Part shown: in pieces, positions 35,139 through 44,344 of the stretch
Numbering within the stretch: the stretch's first letter is position 1
How the letters are laid out: each line of letters begins with the position of its first letter
Source: Lachnospiraceae bacterium
GTDB taxonomy: Bacteria > Bacillota > Clostridia > Lachnospirales > Lachnospiraceae
NCBI GenBank assembly: GCA_021205305.1
Contig: JAJPXU010000011.1
Coordinates: 10,553-74,552, forward strand
DNA: 64,000 bases
Direction: 5' to 3'
Position numbers and translations under genes: made by a program
The notes under the pieces: model-generated
What the model was told of the DNA's origin: nothing
Database searches by the model: none
What the model saw: the letters and a program-made list of their open reading frames with translations, nothing else

Positions 35139-36527
35139 TCAGTTGGAAACTCCCCGCATTGGCTCCCGGAAGATCCTTCCCAGCAAAATCACAGCCGCAA
35201 TCGCCAGCACAAGCTCTGCACAGGGCTGGGCGTAGGCAAGCCCGTACAGCGGCCAGAGCCAGTTCAGCAAAAACAATGCCGGTATCTCCAGCACGACCTT
35301 CCTCAAAATAGCAAATACCAGCGACTTTCTCCCCATGCCGCAGGCCTGAAAGACTCCGACTGCCAGGAAATCGACATTCAAAAAAACCAGTTCCAGACAC
35401 ATTCCCTGAAGGAAACGGCTGCCATAGGTGACCACCTCTTCATTTTTCATAAACAGGCGAATCAGACCCTCGGAGCCCGCAAAATATACTACAGTCATCA
35501 GCAGCATAAATGTCACGCTGATTTTCGCGGTAAAGGTAATCGCCTTTTTCATACGCTCCCGGTTCCCGCTGGCATAATTGTAGCCGACCAGCGGCATAAT
35601 GCCCTGTGAAACGCCCATCGCGATATACATGGGAATCATATTGATTTTCTGGGTGATCCCCATCGCGGCAACCGCATTGGAGCCGTAGGAAGCAGTAAAG
35701 TTATTCAGCACCGTCATGCTGGTCACGTTCAGCAGATTCTGAATCGCGGCAGGCACGCCGACCGCGCAGATTCCTTTGAGAATCGCGGAGTCAAAAGAAA
35801 ACATGCGCGGGTTCACACACACCAGCGTCTTCCTGCGGCGCACCCACAGCAGGACAAAAAAGTAAATACAGGCCACACAGTTGGAAAGAAAGGTAGCCAG
35901 TCCCGCACCGGCTGCCCCCATACCAAACCCCGTGGGCAGGATAAAGATCGGATCCAGCACAATATTCAGCAGACAGCCGCTCATGGTTCCGATGCTGGCA
36001 TGAAGGGAGGCTCCCTCCGAGCGCACCAGATTGGCCAGCACGACATTCAGGATCGCCGGAACCGCGCCGCACAGAGTCGTCCAGCGAAGGTACTGCCAGG
36101 CAGCCGCCTCGGTATCACTGGTGGTTCCCAGAATTCCCAGCAGCTGTGCGTGGAAAATGCCGGCCATCAGTGAAAATAAAACAGAAAAAGCGAGAGCACA
36201 ATAAAAGCTGATCGCAGAGCTTTTTCGCACCGATTCGTACTCTTTTTTCCCAAGATAGCGGCTCATCAGGCTGGAGCCGCCAACCCCGAACAGGTTAATG
36301 ATGGCGTTAAACGCCAGCAGCACCGGCGCAGCCAGTGTGACCGCGGCATTTTCGACGGGATCGTTTAACATGCCCACAAAATACGTGTCCGCCAGGTTAT
36401 AGATCACCATGACAAGAGAACTAAGTACCGTGGGAACCGCCATTTTCATGACCGCCCGCGGAATCGGCGTCCGCTCAAACAACTCGACTTTCTGTTCTTC
36501 TATTGACTGTTCTTTTTCGTCAGGCAT
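35139..36527 (-). CDS. MATE-family efflux transporter
   Basis: MAVPTVLSSLVMVIYNLADTYFVG, LNIVLDPIFI, GAAGAGLAT; about 12 TMs. Confidence 0.95.
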   Translation of the reverse strand: MPDEKEQSIEEQKVELFERTPIPRAVMKMAVPTVLSSLVMVIYNLADTYFVGMLNDPVENAAVTLAAPVLLAFNAIINLFGVGGSSLMSRYLGKKEYESVRKSSAISFYCALAFSVLFSLMAGIFHAQLLGILGTTSDTEAAAWQYLRWTTLCGAVPAILNVVLANLVRSEGASLHASIGTMSGCLLNIVLDPIFILPTGFGMGAAGAGLATFLSNCVACIYFFVLLWVRRRKTLVCVNPRMFSFDSAILKGICAVGVPAAIQNLLNVTSMTVLNNFTASYGSNAVAAMGITQKINMIPMYIAMGVSQGIMPLVGYNYASGNRERMKKAITFTAKISVTFMLLMTVVYFAGSEGLIRLFMKNEEVVTYGSRFLQGMCLELVFLNVDFLAVGVFQACGMGRKSLVFAILRKVVLEIPALFLLNWLWPLYGLAYAQPCAELVLAIAAVILLGRIFREPMRGVSN

Positions 36528-36597
36528 AGTACTCCTCTCAAAAACACACTCTGCTTCTCCCACGATCCGTTAAAAAATTCAGGACACACCCTTACAC

Positions 36598-37119
36598 TTA
36601 CCACCGTTCAAAATGCACCTGGCTCTCTTCATAATCCGGGTGCTCACCTTCCCTTTCCTCCGCCGGGTAACCGAACGCAATAACAGAATGCGGCACTACC
36701 GTCTCCGGCAGGGAAAACAGCTCTCTCTGCTTCTCCACCCGATCCATCTGCGGCCAGGTGCCAAGCCACACGGAGCCAATGCCGAGCCCTTCAGCCGCAA
36801 GAATCATGTTCTGTCCCGCAATCGCGCCGTCAATCACCCAATACTCCTTCGCCGGTGGGAACGCACGCTCCAGATCTCCCAAAATCAGAATTCCCACATC
36901 GCAATGGCAAAGAGGCTGAGCATATCTTCCATTGGCTTCCGCCATCTTACGCAGTGTCTCTTTATCCCGTACCACAAGAAAGCTCCAGTCGCGGGTGTTT
37001 GCGCAGCTTGGCCCAGTCATACCCGCCCGAAGTATCGTGTGAAGCTCCTCGTCTGTTATCCTCTGCTCCGTAAAAGAACGGATGCTTCGTCTCTTTAAAA
37101 CGCCTTCTGTCAATTCCAT
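36598..37119 (-). CDS. Nitroreductase-family protein
   Basis: KRRSIRSF, GPSCANTRDW, AAEGLGIGSVW, IAFGYP. Confidence 0.93.
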   Translation of the reverse strand: MELTEGVLKRRSIRSFTEQRITDEELHTILRAGMTGPSCANTRDWSFLVVRDKETLRKMAEANGRYAQPLCHCDVGILILGDLERAFPPAKEYWVIDGAIAGQNMILAAEGLGIGSVWLGTWPQMDRVEKQRELFSLPETVVPHSVIAFGYPAEEREGEHPDYEESQVHFERW

Positions 37120-37134
37120 AATTGTAATTTCCTC

Positions 37135-38043
37135 CTATTTTGACCTCATATCTGCATTTAACACTCTGTAAAACGCTTCGTTTTGCGGAACCAAAATACC
37201 ATATTTACGCCCCATGGCGCATACCGTTCCGGCAAACAGCTCCACTTCCGTCTGCCGCCCTGCCAGGACGTCCTGCCGCATCGAAGGCTGACCGTTTGGC
37301 GAAAGGCCATCAATGACATCCACCCAGCCCCACAATTCTTCCTCTGTCAGAAGGATCCCTTCCGCGGCGGCCACACTTCTGGCCTCTTCCATCGCAGTCA
37401 CCATGATATTCCGAAGCTCTCCAGGTCTCTGCACGCCCTCATAATCCACATCAAAGACCGCACAGGTCTGGTTTACTCCCACATTCAGCATCCATTTGCT
37501 GTAAATCTGATGGCGAATATCCTCCGGCACCTGATAAGCTAGGCCGGTTCGTCCAAAAAACGCCTCCGCCTCACAGACAGCTTCGCTTCGGGAGGAATCT
37601 CTTTCGCCAAATGCGATATAGCCTGTTTTGCTGTATGTGACCTGCCGACCTTTTCTGGTCGCGTCCATCCCCTGTACGCAGGAATACAGCAGCCGCTTTG
37701 GCTTCAGAACCTCTTCCAGCATCTGCTCCGAGGACACCCCATTTAAAAACGACATCACAATCGTCTGCTCCCCGCAAAAAGGACGCGCCATCCTGGCCGC
37801 TTCCGCCAGAGCCATATACTTCGTGGTGAAAATGAGTAAATCCACCGGTCGGCCTTCTTCCGGCGCCGCATAGTGGAACTCGCATTTTTTCCCATTCGCA
37901 TATACCCCTTCCGCCTGATACCGGCAGATGCGGTCTTCCTCCGCAATGATCAGCAGATCTTCCCTGTCCATTTTTTCCAACAGCAGGCTCCCATAAAGTA
38001 CGCCCAGGGCGCCCAGTCCTACAATTCCAACTGTTTTGATCAT
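37135..38043 (-). CDS. panE: Ketopantoate reductase-family protein
   Basis: GLGALG, FTTKY, FLNG, KWMLNVGVN, PSMRQD, E.ELFAG. Confidence 0.85.
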   Translation of the reverse strand: MIKTVGIVGLGALGVLYGSLLLEKMDREDLLIIAEEDRICRYQAEGVYANGKKCEFHYAAPEEGRPVDLLIFTTKYMALAEAARMARPFCGEQTIVMSFLNGVSSEQMLEEVLKPKRLLYSCVQGMDATRKGRQVTYSKTGYIAFGERDSSRSEAVCEAEAFFGRTGLAYQVPEDIRHQIYSKWMLNVGVNQTCAVFDVDYEGVQRPGELRNIMVTAMEEARSVAAAEGILLTEEELWGWVDVIDGLSPNGQPSMRQDVLAGRQTEVELFAGTVCAMGRKYGILVPQNEAFYRVLNADMRSK

Positions 38044-38155
38044 AATATCTTCTCTCCCGCTCTTCTGCCTTACTGTTCCTGTTTTTTCTTCTCTGGCTTT
38101 GGGGAGCAAATTCACGTTTTTTGCAAAATAATTTGTTCCCCAAAATGATAGTAAT

Positions 38156-38299
38156 TTAGGATTGCATCGTTCTCCAACAATTCTTTTTCATAAAAGCGGC
38201 AATAATCGAAATGTCTTCGCCCTCATAGTATTTTACAAGCAACTGTTTGAACTCCGACACATGGTTTTCGGGAATCACCAGAAATCCTCCGCCATGAGC
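38156..38299 (-). pseudogene. C-terminal fragment resembling a Fic-family protein
   Basis: Hand translation AHGGGFLVIPENHVSEFKQLLVKYYEGEDISIIAAFMKKNCWRTMQS*; no start; similarity recalled, not searched. Confidence 0.5.
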
Positions 38300-38371
38300 G
38301 GTAAAACAGAACCATTCCGATGAAGACAGCCACTACTTCCAGGAGCCCCCAGGATACCAATCGATTTCCGG

Positions 38372-39103
38372 TTACTGTAGTTCCACACAAATGGCCTCCC
38401 CTTTTTTCAAAGACAGCGGCAGCATCAGCGTTCCGAATGACAAACGTTTCAAATAGAGCACTTCATTTCCAACGGCATGAAACATCCGCCTCACCTGATG
38501 ATAGCGTCCCTCCTGAATCGTCAGAAGAGCTACGCGCCCTGTATCCTCACATACCCGGTATTCCTCCGGCAAATAGTCAAGCTCCGGGCGCTCACTGTCA
38601 CAAATCACAAGCCTGGCAGGAAGTGTCGGCGTATCATCACCGATGTCCACACCCGCAGAAAAAAGAGTCATATACGCCTTTTCGGCCGGATGGTCAAGCA
38701 CGGCCAGATATGTTTTATCCACGTGCCTGCGCGGGGAAAGCATGCGGTGCGCCATCCCGCCGTCATTGGTAATCAGAAGCAGCCCTTCCGTGTCCTTGTC
38801 CAGTCTGCCCACCGGAAACAGATCCCTGTTTTGCGGCACAAGCTCCATCACCGTTGGAAAGCGGTCATCCGTTACCGCGCAGACGTAGCCGGCCGGCTTA
38901 TGCAGCATATAGGTTACAGAGCCGCGCATTGTCACAAGATTCCCATTTACGGCAACCTCATCTTCATCCGGAATAATCTTGATCTCCGGTTTTGCGGCAC
39001 AGGCTCCGTTGACAGTAACCGCTTTCCTTTTTATGAGATTTTTTACTTCGCTTCTCGTCCCGATTCCGGCATCCGCCAGAAACTTGTCCAATCGTATCTG
39101 CAT
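38372..39103 (-). CDS. rsuA: RsuA-family rRNA pseudouridine synthase
   Basis: S4 domain RLDKFLA..G.GTRSE; GRLDKDTEGLLL; EGRYHQVRRMF. Confidence 0.9.
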   Translation of the reverse strand: MQIRLDKFLADAGIGTRSEVKNLIKRKAVTVNGACAAKPEIKIIPDEDEVAVNGNLVTMRGSVTYMLHKPAGYVCAVTDDRFPTVMELVPQNRDLFPVGRLDKDTEGLLLITNDGGMAHRMLSPRRHVDKTYLAVLDHPAEKAYMTLFSAGVDIGDDTPTLPARLVICDSERPELDYLPEEYRVCEDTGRVALLTIQEGRYHQVRRMFHAVGNEVLYLKRLSFGTLMLPLSLKKGEAICVELQ

Positions 39104-39147
39104 AGGTCTCCCTCGTTTTCCAAAAAAGCCATCCGTTTCGCATGGCT

Positions 39148-39918
39148 TTATATGTCCAGGTGTTCTTCTACCTTCAGCCCGTACTTTTCCACCATCCTCA
39201 TTGCCCTGTCATACACCCCCTGCTCGCAAATCTGCGCTGGATGGTGCGCGTCAACGCCCAGAACGACCCGGTTCCCTGTCCGGCCCGCGAGCTTCCAGAA
39301 GCGCTCCGCGGGATAATGGCGGTGCTGCATAAGCCCTTGGAGATTGATTTCCAGGGGAATCCGAAGATCGTACAGGGCTTCGCAGAGACGGGTCATTTCC
39401 TTCTCGTACACAGTTTCCTCTCCTTCATAGTTGATCAGATCCGGATGGGCAAGGTAAAGGAATGCCCCGGTCTCCATGCCGGCAATGACGGTGTCGACAT
39501 ACTCTTTCAGAAAGGTATCATTTTTCGTAGGTGCGCCGGTATAAGTTCCGCCTGGCTCACATCCCAGGAAATGCTGTCCCATGATCAGATAGTCGCCTTT
39601 CACGCGGCGCATCATCTCCATCTGCGCATCGAAATATTCTGGCGTATATTCTGCTTCAAAACCTGCGAATAAACGGATTTTTCCCTCATATTCATGCGCC
39701 AGGGAACGGATTATGCGCACATATTCGTCGGCCTGTTCCATATCCATACGGATGTTCGAGACATAACCGTCTGTGAACGGACAGGGAATGTGGTCGGAAA
39801 AGCCAAGAATGTCCATCCCCATGGAAATCGCAGCTTCGATATAATCGCGTTCCGTACCCTCCGCGTGCTTACAGCGGGTGGTATGTGTGTGATAGTTTGC
39901 TTTCATATAGCCGTTCAT
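39148..39918 (-). CDS. PHP-domain phosphatase (histidinol-phosphatase family)
   Basis: NYHTHT..CKHA, GFSDH, GFEAEY, AHPD, GVDAH. Confidence 0.88.
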   Translation of the reverse strand: MNGYMKANYHTHTTRCKHAEGTERDYIEAAISMGMDILGFSDHIPCPFTDGYVSNIRMDMEQADEYVRIIRSLAHEYEGKIRLFAGFEAEYTPEYFDAQMEMMRRVKGDYLIMGQHFLGCEPGGTYTGAPTKNDTFLKEYVDTVIAGMETGAFLYLAHPDLINYEGEETVYEKEMTRLCEALYDLRIPLEINLQGLMQHRHYPAERFWKLAGRTGNRVVLGVDAHHPAQICEQGVYDRAMRMVEKYGLKVEEHLDI

Positions 39919-39945
39919 TTTTATCCTCTTTCTGTATCCCAATGA

Positions 39946-39977
39946 AAGCCCCGGATGTGCTGATCCGGGGCCTTCTG
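39946..39977 (-). terminator. Terminator-like hairpin downstream of glyQS
   Basis: GCCCCGGAT-CAGCAC-ATCCGGGGC followed by TTT on the minus strand. Confidence 0.55.
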
Positions 39978-40047
39978 TTCTTTTTTCGCGTGGTGTCCTC
40001 TCCACGCGGTTGATTACCGATTCCCTATCACCGGCCAACCATTTGGT

Positions 40048-41436
40048 TTACCACGCAAATTTCTCCTCAAAATACGCTTTCAGATCTTCGATCTTCACGC
40101 GCTCCTGCTCCATACTGTCGCGGTCGCGCACGGTCACGGCACCGTCCGTTTCAGAGTCAAAGTCATAGGTCACGCAGAACGGAGTACCGATCTCGTCCTG
40201 TCTGCGGTAGCGCTTGCCGATGTTGCCGCGGTCGTCAAACTCACAATTGTAATATTTGGAAAGCTCCGTGTATACCTTTTCCGCCCCCTCGTTGAGCTTC
40301 TTGGAGAGCGGCAGTACGCCAATCTTGACCGGAGCGATGGCCGGATGGAAATGAAGCACGGTACGCATATCCCCGCCCTCAAGTTCTTCCTCGTCATAGG
40401 CGCTGCAAAGGAACGCCAGCACAACACGATCCGCGCCAAGGGACGGCTCGATAACGTATGGAATGTATTTTTCCTTCTTTTCTTCGTCAAAGTAGGTCAT
40501 ATCCTGACCGGATGTATTCTGATGCTGCGTCAGGTCATAATCGGTGCGATCCGCAATGCCCCAAAGCTCGCCCCAGCCAAACGGGAACAGGAACTCAATG
40601 TCGGTCGTGCCCTTGCTGTAGAAGCAAAGCTCCTCCGGGTCATGGTCACGCAGACGCAGCTCGCTTTCCTTCATGCCCAGCTTCTTCAGCCACTCGAAGC
40701 AGAAGCTTCTCCAGTACTGGAACCAGTCGAGATCCGTACCCGGCACGCAGAAGAACTCCAGCTCCATCTGCTCGAACTCGCGGGTGCGGAAGGTAAAGTT
40801 GCCCGGCGTGATCTCGTTGCGGAAGGATTTTCCGATCTGTGCGATGCCGAACGGAAGCTTCTTGCGGGAGGTACGCTGTACGTTTTTAAAGTTTACAAAA
40901 ATGCCCTGTGCGGTCTCCGGACGCAGATAAACGGTATTTTTCGCGTCTTCCGTCACGCCCTGGAAGGTCTTGAACATCAGGTTGAACTGGCGGATGTCCG
41001 TAAAATTGTGCTTGCCGCAGGATGGGCAGGGAATCTTGTGATCCTCAATGTAATCCCGCATCTCTTCCTGTGAAAAAGCATCGATCGGCTTGTCCAGCGT
41101 CAGCCCCTGCTCTGCGCAGTAGTCTTCAATGACCTTATCCGCGCGGAAACGCTCGTGGCATTCCTTGCAGTCCATCAGCGGATCCGCAAAGCCGCCCAAA
41201 TGGCCGCTCGCCACCCAGGTCTGCGGATTCATCAGAATCGCGCAGTCTACGCCGACGTTATACGGATTTTCCCGCACAAACTTCTGCCACCAGGCCTGCT
41301 TCACATTGTTCTTGAGCTCCACGCCAAGGTTCCCGTAGTCCCAGGTATTCGCCAGGCCGCCGTAAATCTCAGAGCCCGGGTACACAAACCCTCTCCCTTT
41401 CGCGAGCGCTACGATTTTGTCCATTGTCTTTTCCAT
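40048..41436 (-). CDS. glyQS: Glycine--tRNA ligase (alpha2 type)
   Basis: [40 protein letters not shown], anticodon domain [12 protein letters not shown]. Confidence 0.98.
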   Translation of the reverse strand: MEKTMDKIVALAKGRGFVYPGSEIYGGLANTWDYGNLGVELKNNVKQAWWQKFVRENPYNVGVDCAILMNPQTWVASGHLGGFADPLMDCKECHERFRADKVIEDYCAEQGLTLDKPIDAFSQEEMRDYIEDHKIPCPSCGKHNFTDIRQFNLMFKTFQGVTEDAKNTVYLRPETAQGIFVNFKNVQRTSRKKLPFGIAQIGKSFRNEITPGNFTFRTREFEQMELEFFCVPGTDLDWFQYWRSFCFEWLKKLGMKESELRLRDHDPEELCFYSKGTTDIEFLFPFGWGELWGIADRTDYDLTQHQNTSGQDMTYFDEEKKEKYIPYVIEPSLGADRVVLAFLCSAYDEEELEGGDMRTVLHFHPAIAPVKIGVLPLSKKLNEGAEKVYTELSKYYNCEFDDRGNIGKRYRRQDEIGTPFCVTYDFDSETDGAVTVRDRDSMEQERVKIEDLKAYFEEKFAW

Positions 41437-41557
41437 AATGTTCTCCTCTCCATTTTCCTTTCTTATTTCTGCACAAAGTAATTCCTGTCTTACGAATTAC
41501 CCCCTGACAAAACTGCGTCTGATCTCCGCTGGTATATAATGGCAGCCAGACTGTTTC

Positions 41558-42259
41558 TCATTCACAAATGATATACACGCGGTTCGCCTCTTTCTGTTCC
41601 GCGTATGTCGTCTCCTCGCCTTCATATACCTTGCTGGACGGAAGTACCAGGGCCTCTGTCTCTTCCTGCTCTCCGCTCGCATTTACCGTATTAGCTGAAA
41701 GCATATCGGCATTTGTGCTGACAAACGTCACTTCACTGTCTTCGAAATGTACTTCCATCGGCGCCTGAACGATCACAACCGTCGCAGACATATCCTCAAA
41801 AACCTTGGTGTAGCTTACCGTACTGCCGGACGCTTCTCCATCGGTCACCCGATAAAAGGACACATCAAACAAATAGCCTTCCAGCTGTGCATTGATAATG
41901 GAACCGCAGTAAAACTCTACATTATTAAACTCTGCGTAATCATCGGCTGACGAAAACCGTAGCTTTAACGTCACTGTGCTGCCGTCATTGCCAAATTCCT
42001 CAACTGTGATAGAATCCGCGCCATGCTCAGAATTATACTCCGCCACTTCCGTATTGATCATCGACTCCAGTTCTGTCACATCATAGTAAGACTGATCCAA
42101 CGTCTCCTGTACGATCTCGGTGATACTCCCATCCGCCGCAATCGAAATCGCGTCGGAGGACTCCGGCGTCCATTCTGTCTGATTCACAATATCGCAGCCG
42201 CCGAGCAGCATCACCGCCGCCGCAAGCACTGCCGCTACAGCTCTTTTCTTCGCCCTCAC
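41558..42259 (-). CDS. Lipoprotein, unknown function
   Basis: Lipobox LLGGC after a hydrophobic leader. Confidence 0.8.
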   Translation of the reverse strand: MRAKKRAVAAVLAAAVMLLGGCDIVNQTEWTPESSDAISIAADGSITEIVQETLDQSYYDVTELESMINTEVAEYNSEHGADSITVEEFGNDGSTVTLKLRFSSADDYAEFNNVEFYCGSIINAQLEGYLFDVSFYRVTDGEASGSTVSYTKVFEDMSATVVIVQAPMEVHFEDSEVTFVSTNADMLSANTVNASGEQEETEALVLPSSKVYEGEETTYAEQKEANRVYIICE

Positions 42260-42341
42260 TGAACAATTTCCTCCTGGTTCCTGTCAATATCAATAATGCA
42301 TTATATCGTTAAATGGCCGCTGTTTCAACCATTTTTTCCAC

Positions 42342-42377
42342 CAGTTTAGAACATCTGTGGCCTGCTGTTCTGAACTG
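42342..42377. repeat. Internally deleted family D hairpin
   Basis: CAGTTTAGAACA-TCTGTGGCCTGC-TGTTCTGAACTG; 19 nt identical to 60241-60259. Confidence 0.7.
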
Positions 42378-42380
42378 ATG

Positions 42381-43049
42381 CTATCCTGCAATCTGCCGCA
42401 GTATTTCCAGCGATTTAAATTTACGGTCGATCGAAATACTGTTATAGTGATCCTGCACCCGGCGGAATTCCGCAAAGACCTCCGGCTGCAGTGTGAACCG
42501 ATACAATTTCTGCACCGGCGCGTGTATGACATAGGAAAGCGCATAACGCGTTGACTCCTGCAAAGACGGGTCCGATGCCGTCTCATAAGGATATTCCCCA
42601 TTTTGCACCATCGCTCTCATCTCAAAGATACAGCGGATGAGCTCATTGTCCGGCTCCGGCTTCGGCAGCGCACGCAGGGTCGCGTACAACAGATTCAGCA
42701 TCTGCGAAGCATCCAGATTTTCCCTCGTGTAATATTCCGCCAGTTCCATGAAATAGCAGGCATAGCAGGAGGCGACCATGTCCTCCCGCACTTCGCGGAA
42801 ATAATCGGAAATCTCTGCCTGCACCAGTGTATAGGCATTTCTTCCCTCATAAACGGTAAAAGTACCCAGCGCAAATGGAGTCGCCGCCGCCAGAAGGGGA
42901 CTGTTGGGTTTGCGCGCGCCCCGCGCAAATGCGGTGATCTTGCCACGCTCTTTGGTTAAAAGGACGGTGCGCTTGTCGTATTCCCCCGCAGGTACAGCCG
43001 AAAGCACCATGCCTGTTACTCTCAAAGGGTCGCTCATTACAGCCGCCAT
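42381..43049 (-). CDS. recO: DNA repair protein RecO
   Basis: GEYDKRTVLLTKERGKITAFARGARKP; follows era. Confidence 0.95.
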   Translation of the reverse strand: MAAVMSDPLRVTGMVLSAVPAGEYDKRTVLLTKERGKITAFARGARKPNSPLLAAATPFALGTFTVYEGRNAYTLVQAEISDYFREVREDMVASCYACYFMELAEYYTRENLDASQMLNLLYATLRALPKPEPDNELIRCIFEMRAMVQNGEYPYETASDPSLQESTRYALSYVIHAPVQKLYRFTLQPEVFAEFRRVQDHYNSISIDRKFKSLEILRQIAG

Positions 43050-43054
43050 CCTTT

Positions 43055-43085
43055 CCTGTCTTTTCGATGCTGTTCTGAACTGTTA
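43055..43085 (-). repeat. Family D left end between era and recO
   Basis: Reverse complement TAACAGTTCAGAACAGCATCGAAAAGACAGG matches 60153-60188 with a 5-nt gap. Confidence 0.75.
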
Positions 43086-43092
43086 CAACAAA

Positions 43093-44322
43093 TCATACAA
43101 GATCCGTCTTATCGTAGCCAAAATTTTTAATCATATAATCACTGTCGCGCCAGTCCTTCTTTACCTTCACCCAGAGCTGCAGATTGACCGGTTCTTCCAG
43201 CATCTGCTCAATTTCATAGCGCGCCTGTGAGCCGATTTTGCGCAGCATCGCGCCCTGCTTGCCGATCACCATGCCTTTGTGAGACTCTTTTTCGCAGATA
43301 ATCGTCGCCTCAATATCCATGATCCAGTCTGAAGTCTCACGCACATCCACTTCCGCCTGTTCACGGCGGCTGAGCGTATCATCCACATTCGTCCGGGTTT
43401 CCGTCAGCGTCCTTCCATTCTTTTTACCCTGGAAGTCCTTCCTCTCCTCATTCGGCAGCAAGCCAGGCTGCCCATTCTGCTCCACTTCTCGTGAGACAGT
43501 CTTTTTCGCATGTTCATGGCGGTGTTTCTTCCGCACGGCCTCGGCCCGTTTCTCCCTGTGCTTCTGGCTGCCCGCAGGCCGCTCCTTCATCACTTCGATT
43601 GAAACCGCGATCCCATGTGGAATCTCCTCCTCCATGCAGCGCAGCGTCTTCTCCCGGATCAGCTCCGCCACAATCTGTTTCTGCGGCTGGTCGGTCACGG
43701 TATCATCGTCGTAATATTTCGGTCCGTATGGCAGACAGCGGAATATTGCGCTGATCACCTCGTCCATATGCAGACCCCGCAGTGCGCAGACCGGTATCAC
43801 AGCATCAAAATCCAAAAGCTCCCGGTAGACATCCAGATAACGCGGAATCTCACTTTTCGCCACGGTATCCATTTTATTCAGAATCAGGATCACCGGAATC
43901 TTCGTGGAGCGGTATTGCCCCCTCCCTTCGGTCGGCGGCAGGTCGGGCTGCCCATTCCAATGCGCTGTGCGCGGGGCAGCCGCTCGGAGCATCTGCGCAA
44001 TATGCTGATCCCCTCCGCCAACCGAATCCGTCGGCTCAACCAGCCATAATACCACATCCACTTCCCGCAGCGTGGACTCCGCTGCCGTCACCATATATTC
44101 GCCCAGCTTATTTTTGGCCTTATGGATACCGGGCGTGTCCAGAAAAATAATCTGCCCCTGTTCGGAGGTATAAACCGTCTGAATCCTGTTTCGCGTCGTC
44201 TGCGGTTTGTTCGACGTAATCGCGATTTTCTGGCCGATCAAGTGATTCATCAATGTCGACTTTCCAACGTTCGGCCGCCCGATCAGAGTCACAAAACCGG
44301 ATTTAAAATTTGCGTTTTCCAT
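43093..44322 (-). CDS. era: GTPase Era with two unusual insertions
   Basis: GRPNVGKST, PQTTRN, DTPG, NKMD, KH-domain VIGKQGAMLRKIG; 409 aa. Confidence 0.97.
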   Translation of the reverse strand: MENANFKSGFVTLIGRPNVGKSTLMNHLIGQKIAITSNKPQTTRNRIQTVYTSEQGQIIFLDTPGIHKAKNKLGEYMVTAAESTLREVDVVLWLVEPTDSVGGGDQHIAQMLRAAAPRTAHWNGQPDLPPTEGRGQYRSTKIPVILILNKMDTVAKSEIPRYLDVYRELLDFDAVIPVCALRGLHMDEVISAIFRCLPYGPKYYDDDTVTDQPQKQIVAELIREKTLRCMEEEIPHGIAVSIEVMKERPAGSQKHREKRAEAVRKKHRHEHAKKTVSREVEQNGQPGLLPNEERKDFQGKKNGRTLTETRTNVDDTLSRREQAEVDVRETSDWIMDIEATIICEKESHKGMVIGKQGAMLRKIGSQARYEIEQMLEEPVNLQLWVKVKKDWRDSDYMIKNFGYDKTDLV

Positions 44323-44344
44323 GATCGTTCCTCTACCTGTTTCC

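Noticed and set aside
41437-41557. T-box leader upstream of glyQS
   Set aside because: The gap is about 120 nt, with no T-box consensus or terminator/antiterminator visible.
43324-43578. Intein or intron in Era
   Set aside because: No N-terminal Cys/Ser block, no His-Asn end and no group I/II intron features.
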